The notes beneath the pieces are model-generated. The model ran no database searches. It had not been told where the DNA came from and saw only the letters and a list, made by a program, of their open reading frames with translations. Source: an uncultured delta proteobacterium (GTDB lineage Bacteria > Myxococcota_A > Polyangia > Fen-1088). Taken from it: a DNA stretch of 64,000 nucleotides. The DNA lies in NCBI GenBank assembly GCA_963767925.1, contig CAVYGB010000002.1:1664001-1728000 (forward strand), read 5' to 3'. The position numbers were made by a program, and so were the translations under genes. Below, piece after piece: positions 32,702-41,455 of the stretch (positions are counted from its first letter, which is position 1; every line of letters starts with the position of its first letter).

Positions 32702-33688
32702 TCAGGGCAAGAGGCCGGGGGCGGGGGGATCGTTGATCCAGGTCTTGGAGGCGATCTCGTCCTCCTCGACCCGGCGTTCGCCCTGGGCGAGGCTCCAGCG
32801 CCAGTGCCGGCGGTCGCCGTCGAACGGGGTCGGCTCGATCTCGACCTCCACCGGCTCACCGGGGACGATCGGAAAGGGCGCCCGCAGGGGAAAGCCCATC
32901 TGGGACCAGTGGGTCTTGGGATCGAAGGGGCCGGTGCCGAAGGCGATCCCGTCGGCCAGGTCGACGTCGAACCAGCCGATGAGGCCGACCGCGGTCACCG
33001 GCTCGGGGAACACGGCCGACCCGAACAGCACCTCGGGCGTCCCGTTGCACGACGACATGTCGAGGGTGCCGAGGGGAATCACCGTCGGCGCCACCTGCGA
33101 GGGCTTGAGGGTCCGGGTCTCGGTGCGGGCGAAAGAGAGCTCCGACAGGGGCGAGAAGTCGATGCCGTAGGGGCGGCTGTCGAAGTAGCTGTAGCGGGTG
33201 TGAAAGGCCGGGTCGACGACCACCGCCGCGTTCAGGGAGATGCTGCGCGGGATCATGGTGCCCCCCGGGCGCAGGTAGCGGTCGCGCAGGCGGACCAGGG
33301 GCTCGAGCATCGACTCGTTGAACACGAAGTGCCCCATCCACTCGGACACGATGACGTCGACCGCCGAGGGCAAGCTCACCTCGTCGTCCTGGAAGGAGAA
33401 CTCGATGCGGTCGAAATTGTTGGCCCGGGCCACCGCCTGGGCTCCCAGGATGAGGGCCGCGCGATCGACGGCGTAGATGCGGGCCGCACCCGCCTGGTGG
33501 GCGAAGAAGGACAGGATGCCGGTGCCGCACCCGAAGTCGAGCACCCGGTGTTGGGGCTGGACCACCGCCTGGATCGCCCGCTCGTAAGCGAGCGTCCGCA
33601 CGGTGTCCGAGAGCATCACTTGATGCACGGAGAGATCGGCGTACGACGACAGGCCCCCACAGTACCAGCCCGCGCCACCGCCGTTCAC
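32702..33688 (-). CDS. Protein arginine N-methyltransferase-like (type I PRMT architecture) SAM-dependent methyltransferase
   Basis: SYADLSVHQVMLSDTVRTLAY, VLDFGCGTG, VDVIVSEWMGHFVFNESML (double-E), YLRPGG, YGIDFS and TGPFDPKTHWSQ (THW loop). Confidence 0.88.
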   Translation of the reverse strand: MNGGGAGWYCGGLSSYADLSVHQVMLSDTVRTLAYERAIQAVVQPQHRVLDFGCGTGILSFFAHQAGAARIYAVDRAALILGAQAVARANNFDRIEFSFQDDEVSLPSAVDVIVSEWMGHFVFNESMLEPLVRLRDRYLRPGGTMIPRSISLNAAVVVDPAFHTRYSYFDSRPYGIDFSPLSELSFARTETRTLKPSQVAPTVIPLGTLDMSSCNGTPEVLFGSAVFPEPVTAVGLIGWFDVDLADGIAFGTGPFDPKTHWSQMGFPLRAPFPIVPGEPVEVEIEPTPFDGDRRHWRWSLAQGERRVEEDEIASKTWINDPPAPGLLP

Positions 33689-33876
33689 GTCATTCCATGC
33701 CCGAACCCCGCCCTCGTCCCCCCGTCGCCCACGCCCCCCAGCGCGTTTCCCACTTGACCTGCCCCGCGCCCCGAAGAAAACACCCCGGATTCGCCCCAGT
33801 TGATCGCCACCTGACCTGCAGAGCGAGCGGAAGGAAACGAGCCAGATCGCCCTTCAGGCTCGAGTCCCCACAAGGT

Positions 33877-33922
33877 GTTCGCCCTCGCCCCGCGCCAGCG
33901 GGGAGAGGGCCGGGGTGAGGGG
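33877..33922. repeat. Single REP arm C
   Basis: GTTCGCCCTCGCCCCGCGCCAGCGGGGAGAGGGCCGGGGTGAGGGG, directly downstream of the stop of the 33937-34893 gene. Confidence 0.85.
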
Positions 33923-33936
33923 CGCTCGCTCGAGCC

Positions 33937-34893
33937 CTACGGCACTGGCTGGGCGGCCGCCGGGCGGGAGCGGCGCGTGCGCTGCTCTTCCTGGTTGCCC
34001 GACGGCTGCGCGGGCGGGGTCACCCGGCGGGGAGCAGGGTCGACGCGGATCGGGGTTGTCTGCGCCGGGGCCGGCTGGGCCACCGGCCGCACCCGGTGCG
34101 GGCCGCTGTTGCCCGAGGTCGGCTGCGAGGGGGGCGACGTGCTCCAGCTCGAGGGCGGACGGGTCTGCGCGGGCGGCGCGCTGGAGGGGGCCGCCGGGGC
34201 CGGGCTGGCCCGCCAGGTCCCACCGGAAGAGCCGCTCGGCGCGCCGGTCGAGGGCGCGGCCGGCGCCGGGGTGGCCCGGCCATAGCTCCCGTTGCTCGAG
34301 GGAGCGGCCGGGGCGGGGCTGGCCCGCCAGCTCCCGCCTGAAGGCGCGGCCGGCGCGGGCGACGCGCGGTAGTTGCCCGAGGGGGCCGCCGGGGCGGGCG
34401 AGCCGCGCCAGCTCCCGCTGGCCGGGGGCGCCTGCGTGGGGCGGCTGGGGTAAGAGGGCGCCGCCGCCGCGGGCGCACCCCGCCAGGACCCGCGCGCCGG
34501 CGGCGCCGGGCGGGCGTAGCGATAGTCGCGGCGGCCGTCCCGGCCCATCCAGTGGCCGCGGTGGTAGTGCCAGCGGCCGTGGTTGTGGGTGTAGCGCGGT
34601 TCAACGTAGACGTAGCCCTGGCGGGGATACAGCCAGTAGCCGTTCACCCAGTACCAGTCGTAGCCGGTCCAGTCCCAGTAGCCGCGCTGCCAGGTGTAGC
34701 CGTGGCCAGGAGGCGGGGTGGGGTACTCGACAACCGGGGCCGGTGGCGCCTGCGCCACGTACACCTCGTTGTAGTTGGGATCGTAGGGCTCGCCGCCCGA
34801 GGGGTAGGCCACCGGCTGGCCGCGGACGACGCAGCCGGAGAGCCCGCCCGCGAGAAGCAGAGCGCCAAGCACCAGGCTGGTCGTTCGCGTCAT
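33937..34893 (-). CDS. YXWGXW/WXXGXW-repeat lipoprotein with Pro/Ala/Ser-rich repetitive tail
   Basis: LSGC lipobox; YTWQRGYW, YYWVNGYW and WHYHRGHW; about six G-x-(W/Y)-R-(G/A)-x-PAPAAP units; GGAGGA SD. Confidence 0.85.
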   Translation of the reverse strand: MTRTTSLVLGALLLAGGLSGCVVRGQPVAYPSGGEPYDPNYNEVYVAQAPPAPVVEYPTPPPGHGYTWQRGYWDWTGYDWYWVNGYWLYPRQGYVYVEPRYTHNHGRWHYHRGHWMGRDGRRDYRYARPAPPARGSWRGAPAAAAPSYPSRPTQAPPASGSWRGSPAPAAPSGNYRASPAPAAPSGGSWRASPAPAAPSSNGSYGRATPAPAAPSTGAPSGSSGGTWRASPAPAAPSSAPPAQTRPPSSWSTSPPSQPTSGNSGPHRVRPVAQPAPAQTTPIRVDPAPRRVTPPAQPSGNQEEQRTRRSRPAAAQPVP

Positions 34894-34916
34894 GGGTCGT
34901 GTTCCTCCAATGTCAA

Positions 34917-34943
34917 AGACGCACGAGCGTGCGATTGGATTCA
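34917..34943 (-). promoter_or_regulatory. Probable ECF sigma promoter TGAATC-N16-CGTCT
   Basis: Matches ECF -35/-10 architecture and spacing, immediately upstream of the SD of the YXWGXW gene. Confidence 0.5.
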
Positions 34944-34992
34944 AGGGGCAGCCCGGTGCACCGTGCGCGGCGCGGCCCCCGGATCACGCACC

Positions 34993-35622
34993 TCAGCGCT
35001 GCCCGCGGTCGGGCGCCGAGACCGACACCGCGGGGCCCAGGCGCTCGAACTCGGCCTCGTAACCGAAGGGCCTGGTCACTGCCCGGATCAGCTCGCGCGC
35101 GTGGGCGTCGGCCTTCTCGAGCACCCCCTGGTTCAGCGCCTCGCGCTCGACCGCCGCCCGGGCCTCCTGGTGCAGCTTCTGGTAGTCGCCCGGCTCGATC
35201 CGGTTGCACACGCTGCCGTCGGCGACGACCAGCTCGGGGGCTGGCGCATCGACGTAGAGGATGCGGGGAGGCGGGAAGCGGACCACCACCTTGCGCTCGC
35301 TGGGCGAGGTGGAGAAGGCGACGTCGAGGCTGCCCGGCCGATCGAAGTCGTAGCCGGCCGCCACCTTGCCCCGGAAGAAGATGGCGATCGTCTTTTCGCA
35401 CTTGATGGGCAAGACGCCGAACAGATTCCGGGCCTCCTTGCGCATCTGCCAGCTCGACACGTTGGCCTCGACCGTGGTCAGGCGAGCCACCTTCTGGATC
35501 GCCTCGACAACGGTATGGCTCTCCCGTTCGATACGCTGGCCTTCCAGCCGGCGCAGGGCGAGCACCCCCCCGGCGATCACGGCCGCGCCAATCAGCGCGC
35601 CGACGAGAGCGGCCTTACGCAT
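34993..35622 (-). CDS. DUF4230-like membrane-anchored protein
   Basis: N-terminal TM; IQKVARLTTVE, GKVAAGYDF, VRFPPPRIL and GVLEKA..A. Confidence 0.8.
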   Translation of the reverse strand: MRKAALVGALIGAAVIAGGVLALRRLEGQRIERESHTVVEAIQKVARLTTVEANVSSWQMRKEARNLFGVLPIKCEKTIAIFFRGKVAAGYDFDRPGSLDVAFSTSPSERKVVVRFPPPRILYVDAPAPELVVADGSVCNRIEPGDYQKLHQEARAAVEREALNQGVLEKADAHARELIRAVTRPFGYEAEFERLGPAVSVSAPDRGQR

Positions 35623-36384
35623 GTACAGCAAGTATGCGGCCCCCCCGCCGGATCCGCGAGGGACCCCTGTCAGCGAAATTCTTTCGCCCCCCGCATTGGC
35701 CCCGCCCCCGCAAAGCCCAGACCACCCCCGATCCCCTCGCAGGCGCGTCTGCGCACCAGCCTCCCTCCCCCCCATCCCATGCACCCCCCCCACGCTCCGC
35801 CCGTCCCCGTCCCGGTCCCCGCCCCGCACCCTCCTCCCAACTCGTCCCCACCACCCGTGCTCGCTCTTCCTCGCCCCCACAGATCAGTCCACACATCCGT
35901 CCCCACCGGCAACCGCGTCTGATCACCCTCGGAACCACCTTCCCCCCCCCACGCCCGCTGTGACTCCCACAGCCCCCTCCCTCCTCGACCATCGACCCAC
36001 ATCGGACCTTGCACACCCCCGCCGTCCGCGTGCGTGCGCCACCGAGCTGTGGGTGCGCAGCCACCGATCTCCCTCCGCGCCGACTCCTCGCGGAACGTCG
36101 AGCCCTGCCGCCACTCTCCCTCCTGGACGTCGTTCAATACCGGGACGGAAAGGGCAGACCCGCCGCGTCCGCGACCGTTCTCTCTTCTACGTGGCGCGTT
36201 CAGAACGACGCGGCCAGCGGTGTGCGCCACCGCTGGATACAGCCAGCTCGTCCCCGCTCCGTTGACCGTCGGGCGCGCAGTTCCCGCCGATCGCGCGCGC
36301 CGTGTTTCGGGAAAAAGCGCCAAGGAAATTGTGCCCATTGAGCGCCGTGGCAGCCGGATGGCGCGCGCTTGTTTCGAGCGTTTC

Positions 36385-36401
36385 GCAATTTTTGAAATTG
36401 C
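36385..36401. promoter_or_regulatory. Inverted repeat GCAATTT-N3-AAATTGC in an AT-rich promoter region
   Basis: Perfect 7-bp dyad about 120 bp upstream of ATG 36522. Confidence 0.45.
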
Positions 36402-36521
36402 TGGTCATCGTCTTTGACGCTTTCCGTATTTTGAAAAGCGCAAATGTGCGGTAGACGACCCTACATATTCATCTCAATCTTACGTACTCCTATATCGCTT
36501 TACCGTGGGAGGCATCAGGTG

Positions 36522-37448
36522 ATGAACATCGTTTCTCGACTGGCCGTGCTCGCGCTTCCGTGTTTCGTCCTCTCTTGCGGCGGCGATACGCAGCCGCCCC
36601 GTGACCCCGTCGTCCCGATCGGCAGCACCCCGCCGGCGCGGCCCTCGGGTCCGGTCCAGACCAACCCACCTCCGGTCGTGCCCCCCGTGGTGACGGCCGG
36701 CACCGGTGGCGGTGGTGGTGGCACCGGTGGCACCGGCGGCAGCGCGCCCCGACCACCGGACGCCCGTCCGGCGGACGCGCCCGGCGCCAGCGATGCCGCC
36801 CCCGTCGCCGCCTGCACCATGACGGTCACGGCGGCCGGCAACACCGGCCTCATCGACGACTTCCAGGACGGCAACGCCACCATCCTCGGCAACGATGGCC
36901 GGGATGGCACCTGGGTGACCTACAAGAGCGCCGCCACGACGCTCACCAACGTCATGACCGAGGGCGTGCCCGAGCTGCCCGCCACCGGCGGCGTGAACAA
37001 CGGCCGCGCCCTGCGCATGCGGGGCATGTCCACCGACCCGGCCGATAGCTACGGCGCCGAAGCCCAGATCACCTTCTCCGGCGATCCGGGCTTCTGCTAC
37101 GACGCCTCGGCCTACGACGGTCTGCAGCTCTCGATCAAGGGCCTGGCGGGCACCAGGGTCTACGTGCAACTCCTCACCGCCAGCGTGCGGGCCCAGAACG
37201 CGGCCACCCCCGACGCCCCCGTCGGCGGGCACTACCGCTTCCTGGTGAGCTTCACCAACAACCAGATCCAGACCGTGATGATCCCGTGGGCCTCCTTCCA
37301 GCCCGGCTGGGGCACCTCGCCCGGCCCGAACGTCGACCCCAAGCTGGTCTACGGCCTCACGATCGTCACCGCCCCCCGCGCCGCCCCCTCGACCGCCGGG
37401 ATCGGCACCTTCGACTTCACCGTCGACAACGTCCGCTTCATCCAGTAA
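36522..37448 (+). CDS. Lipoprotein with C-terminal carbohydrate-binding-like (CBM11/CIA30-type) beta-sandwich
   Basis: VLSC lipobox, Pro/Gly linker, LIDDFQDG..GRDGTW, YDASAYDG, IPWASF and FDFTVDNVRF; GGGAGG SD. Confidence 0.8.
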   Translation: MNIVSRLAVLALPCFVLSCGGDTQPPRDPVVPIGSTPPARPSGPVQTNPPPVVPPVVTAGTGGGGGGTGGTGGSAPRPPDARPADAPGASDAAPVAACTMTVTAAGNTGLIDDFQDGNATILGNDGRDGTWVTYKSAATTLTNVMTEGVPELPATGGVNNGRALRMRGMSTDPADSYGAEAQITFSGDPGFCYDASAYDGLQLSIKGLAGTRVYVQLLTASVRAQNAATPDAPVGGHYRFLVSFTNNQIQTVMIPWASFQPGWGTSPGPNVDPKLVYGLTIVTAPRAAPSTAGIGTFDFTVDNVRFIQ

Positions 37449-37608
37449 CCCGCCGCCCCCGCGCCGCGCCCCGGTCCCGGGGGCGCGGACGCGCCGGGCA
37501 GGTCAGCCGCCCCTCAGCGACCCGGCCGCGAGGCCCCCCGTCGCTGCCTGGAACGCCGGCGGACCCGCACCCCGGACGCAGCGTCTCGCTGTCCGGAACG
37601 CCGGCGGA

Positions 37609-38005
37609 CCCCTCACCCCAACCCTCTCCCCGCTGCCGCGGGGCGAGGGCGAACGGCCATTGGGGGAGTGGAGAGCGCGGCCCTGTGTGGGCCCGGATCT
37701 ACTGCCGCGGGGCGAGGGCGAACGGCCTTGGGGGAGTGGAGAGCGCGGCCCTGTGTGGCCCCGGATCTACTGCCGCGGGGCGAGGGCGAACGGCCATTGG
37801 GGGAGTGGAGAGCGCGGCCCTGTGTGGCCCGGATCTACTGCCGCGGGGCGAGGGCGAACGGCCATTGGGGGAGTGGAGAGCGCGGCCCTGTGTGGCCCGG
37901 ATCTACTGCCGCGGCAAGCGATCGCCCGGGGAGCGATCGCCGCTGACAAACACCCGTTCGCCCTCGCCCCGCGGTCCGCCGCGGGGAGAGGGTGGGGGTG
38001 AGGGG
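37609..38005. repeat. Inverted REP doublet D containing four tandem 68/69-bp units
   Basis: Units start at 37633, 37702, 37770 and 37838 (partial at 37906); right arm 37956-38005. Confidence 0.92.
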
Positions 38006-38013
38006 TCCGCGAC

Positions 38014-39444
38014 CTAGCGCAGGCGGGCGAGGGGGCCCGTGCACCAGTCGGCGCGGCCGAAGGTGGTGGCGGGGATGCCCATCGCGTTGATCATCGAGAC
38101 GAGCAGGTTGTTGTGGGGCGTGCCCCCCGAATACTGCAGGAAGCGCCCGGTCTTGAAGTAGCCACCGCCGCTGCCGACGGTGACGTAGGGCGCGTCGTTG
38201 GTGCTGTGGGCGTTGCCCTTGCCGAGCTCGTTGCACCAGAACAGGACCGTGTTGTCGAGGATGGTGCCGCCGCCGGGCTCGGCGAAGCTGTCGAGCTTGG
38301 AGGCCAGGTAGAAGAACTGGGTGGCGTACCAGTTGTTTATCTTCGTCAGCTTGTCGAGCGCCGCCGCGTCGCTGTCGCCGGCGTGGGAGATGTCGTGGTG
38401 GCTCTGGTTGACGCCCAGCCAGCTCATGATGGTGCCGCCCGCCGACTTGCTGAACTCGATGGTCGACACCCGACTGAGGTCGCAGGCGAAGGCCATCGCC
38501 AGCATGTCCATCTGCATCTTGGCGATGCGGGGCATCTCCGCGTAGGCCTTGTGGTTCATGACCGGCTCGCCGAGCTCCGGTTTGGCGCACACGCCGCCCC
38601 CGCCGCTCGGCCCGGTCGCCGCCGGAACCCCCAGCCGGGTCTCGATCTCCCGGATGGCCTGGAAGTGCGCCTCGAGCTTGCGCCCGTCTTCGGCCCCGAT
38701 GCGGCCCTTGACGTAGCGGTACTGGTCGAGCACGGCGTTGAGGATGGTCTGCCGCTGGCCGCGCAGCCGGTCGATGGCGCCGCTGTCCCCGCCGCCGCCG
38801 CCCACGCTGAGGTCGGCGAACAGCCGGTTGAACGTGTTGACCGGGTTCTCCTCGGGGGGCAGGGGCATGTTGGGCCCCGCGTAGGACATGCGGTTGAAGT
38901 TCGCCGCGATGTCCGTCGAGCTCGTCACCACCCCCAGCTCGAGCGACTTGAACTTGGTGGTCTTGCCGATGACGTTGGCGATGTGCTGGTCGACGGAGAT
39001 GCCGTTGGCCCAGCCGCCGCCCTGACCGCAGCCGCCCCGGAAGGGCCCGGGGTTCGTCACCTGCCCGGTGAGCATGCCGGTCATGCCGTTCTGGTGGCCG
39101 TCACCCGCTCCGCCCGACTTCTGGTCGACGCCCCGGAAGACGATGACCTTCTGCCGCAGCGGCTCGAGCGGGGACAGGATCGGCGAGAGCTTGAAGTCGG
39201 TCTCGCCGCCGGTCGGCGACCAGTTCCGCATCGGCACGCCGTTGGGGCTGAAGAAGGCGATGAAGCGCTTCTTCACCGCCTCCTGGGCCAGGGCCTTGCG
39301 CGGTCGCATGGCCTCCAGGAAGGGCAGGGCGATCGAGACGCCGCCGGCCCGCAGGACGGTGCGGCGGCCGATGCGCGTCTTGCGCCCGTCGAAGGCGGGC
39401 AGGGAGAGGTCGGGGTCGCGGGTGGTGCGGTCGTTGATTTTCAT
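38014..39444 (-). CDS. DUF1552 (HXXSHH) domain protein, Tat-like leader
   Basis: GRRTVLR..IALPFLEAM, PNG, SVDQHIA, AFACDLSRV, HHDISH, CNELG and HNNLLVS; ATGA-coupled to the upstream gene. Confidence 0.9.
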   Translation of the reverse strand: MKINDRTTRDPDLSLPAFDGRKTRIGRRTVLRAGGVSIALPFLEAMRPRKALAQEAVKKRFIAFFSPNGVPMRNWSPTGGETDFKLSPILSPLEPLRQKVIVFRGVDQKSGGAGDGHQNGMTGMLTGQVTNPGPFRGGCGQGGGWANGISVDQHIANVIGKTTKFKSLELGVVTSSTDIAANFNRMSYAGPNMPLPPEENPVNTFNRLFADLSVGGGGGDSGAIDRLRGQRQTILNAVLDQYRYVKGRIGAEDGRKLEAHFQAIREIETRLGVPAATGPSGGGGVCAKPELGEPVMNHKAYAEMPRIAKMQMDMLAMAFACDLSRVSTIEFSKSAGGTIMSWLGVNQSHHDISHAGDSDAAALDKLTKINNWYATQFFYLASKLDSFAEPGGGTILDNTVLFWCNELGKGNAHSTNDAPYVTVGSGGGYFKTGRFLQYSGGTPHNNLLVSMINAMGIPATTFGRADWCTGPLARLR

Positions 39445-41168
39445 GGCGCACCTCCTGCGCGGCGAAACATGAATGCATCGGTCTGGGTCAGCGCCACAAG
39501 CATCTCCCGGGCGCTGCGCCCGGTGCCCTCGTACAGGGCCTTGAGCGTCTCGACCGAACACTCGTCCTCGGGCGTCTCCGAGCGCCCGTAGCCGAAGCGG
39601 AACCACTGCTTGACGTAGCAGGCCCGCACCTGGCTGCTCTGGAGCAGCTTGGCGGTCAGCTCGGCCGGGCCGTTGAAGGGACCGTCGACGTCGGTGGCGA
39701 TCAGCTCGCCCGAGATGTCGATCGACCGCCCGGCCTCGCTGGTCCGGTATTGCCCGACCGAGTCGAAGCTCTCGAAGCTCAGGCCGATCGGGTCCATCAG
39801 CTTGTGGCAGGTCGCGCACAGCGGGTCGGCGGCGTGCTGCGAGAAGCGCTCACGGGTGGTCAGGTTGGGCGCCAGATCGGGCGGTCGCACCATGAGGTCG
39901 GCCGGCGGGGGCGGCGGGATCTGGCAGAAGAACTGCTCGCGCACGAACTTGCCTCGCCGCACCGGATCGGTCTGGGTGGGCAGGGCGTGCGCCGCCAGGA
40001 AGGCCGACTGGGTGAAGAAGCCCGCCCGCGGCGAGCCCTCGAGCGCCACCTTGGCGAAGGCCTCGCCCCTGGGGCCCTTGACCCCGTAGAAGGCGGCGAG
40101 CTTTTCGTTCATGAAGGAGTAGGGGGCGGTCAGCAGCGTGTTCAGGGTGCCGTCGCCCTTCCAGGTGACCTCCTCGACGAACATCTGGGCCTCGCGCTCG
40201 AAGAGCTGGGCCAGCGGGGGGTCGAAGGCGGGAAACAGGGTGGGGTCCTTCTCCACCGCCTCGACCAGGTCGAGGGCCAGCCACTGCTCGTTGAAGATCG
40301 ACAGCGTCTGCTTGGCCCGCTCGTCACCGACCAGGCGCTGGGCCTGGGCGGCGATCTCTTCCTTGGTGCTCAGCTTGCCCGCCTCGGCCGCGGCCATCAG
40401 GGGCTCGTCGGGCATCGACGCCCAGAACAGGTACGACAGGCGCGAGGCCGTCTCCCAGGGCGTCAGCTTGACCATGTCGTTGCCGACCTTCCCGGCGCCG
40501 ACCTCGACCCGATACAGGAACTGCGGCACCTGCAGCATCACCTGCATCATCATGCGGATGCCGGTGGCGAAGCCGTCGGCCGCCATCCCGTCGGCGAAGA
40601 CCTTCAGCATCGCCGTCTTCTCCTCGGCCTCGAGCGGGCGGCGCCAGGCGCGCTTGCCCCAGGTGTCGAGGAAGCGGGTCGCGCAGGCCGCGTCGCCGGT
40701 AGCAGGGTCGCAGGGGACCAGCTTGCCGAGGTCGGCGGTCGCGGCCGTCACGAGCCGCTCGGCGGCGTCCATGTAGTTCTCGACGTGCAGGGGGCTGACG
40801 CTGAGGTTCTGGGCGTCGTTGGTGAAGCCCGCGCCGCGCTCGTCGGGGGGGAAGCGGCCGGAGGGGCGGGTCGTGTCGCCCAGCAGGTCCCGCACGGTGT
40901 TGTCGTACTCCCAGCGGGTGAGGCGGCGGATGGGCGAGGGGCCGGCATCCCGGACCTTGCAGGCCTTCGCCACCTCGGCGGCGCCCGGGCCGGTCACCGA
41001 GACGGGCGGGGGCGGCTCGCCGGGCTGGCCGTTGCCTGGGCCGGGGCCGGTCGATCCCGGGGGCAGGTTCCCCGGACCACCGACAGCGTTGGGGTTCACG
41101 TCGCCGATGCTGGCCGTGCAGGCCAGGCACAGGACGATCGTGCTCAGGATGGGAAGCCCGGGTCGCAT
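39441..41168 (-). CDS. DUF1592/DUF1588-type lipoprotein with CxxCH motif
   Basis: RRLTRWEYDNTVRDLLG, AWRRPL, QFLYRVE, ASRLSYLFW.SMPD, PVRRGKFV, TTRER and CATCH..MDPIG. Confidence 0.92.
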   Translation of the reverse strand: MRPGLPILSTIVLCLACTASIGDVNPNAVGGPGNLPPGSTGPGPGNGQPGEPPPPVSVTGPGAAEVAKACKVRDAGPSPIRRLTRWEYDNTVRDLLGDTTRPSGRFPPDERGAGFTNDAQNLSVSPLHVENYMDAAERLVTAATADLGKLVPCDPATGDAACATRFLDTWGKRAWRRPLEAEEKTAMLKVFADGMAADGFATGIRMMMQVMLQVPQFLYRVEVGAGKVGNDMVKLTPWETASRLSYLFWASMPDEPLMAAAEAGKLSTKEEIAAQAQRLVGDERAKQTLSIFNEQWLALDLVEAVEKDPTLFPAFDPPLAQLFEREAQMFVEEVTWKGDGTLNTLLTAPYSFMNEKLAAFYGVKGPRGEAFAKVALEGSPRAGFFTQSAFLAAHALPTQTDPVRRGKFVREQFFCQIPPPPPADLMVRPPDLAPNLTTRERFSQHAADPLCATCHKLMDPIGLSFESFDSVGQYRTSEAGRSIDISGELIATDVDGPFNGPAELTAKLLQSSQVRACYVKQWFRFGYGRSETPEDECSVETLKALYEGTGRSAREMLVALTQTDAFMFRRAGGAP

Positions 41169-41455
41169 GAACGTACCTCCTAAGCTGAAAGGGCGAGTGA
41201 ATCGCGCACGCCGACCGAAGTCCGAGCGAAGGGATGGACGTTACCATCGCCCCCCTGAAAACGATATCGGATTGTGGATATGCCCAGCGCGGCCATTCGA
41301 CCTTCGAGCGTGGCACGGACGGGGGGGGGGCCGATGCGAGGTTCGGCTCTTTCTGATGGACATGCTTCGACAAGATGAGCCTTCCCCGCCTCGACAGGCC
41401 ACAGGGACGGGCAAGCTCCTCTCCTTCGGCCCCGTCCAGCCCCGCTGAGCTCGCG

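Noticed and set aside
32702..33688. Ribosomal protein L11 methyltransferase PrmA, or eukaryotic contamination
   Set aside because: No PrmA N-terminal domain or FGTGxH motif before motif I; has PRMT-specific loops; codon use and neighbours are host-like.
33805..33850. SRP RNA-like CGGAAGGAA
   Set aside because: Lacks the CAGGTCC-GGAA-GGAAGCAG helix context and the flanking stem.
37633..37914. CRISPR-like periodic array
   Set aside because: The units are essentially identical with no unique spacers, there are no cas genes, and the unit derives from a REP arm.
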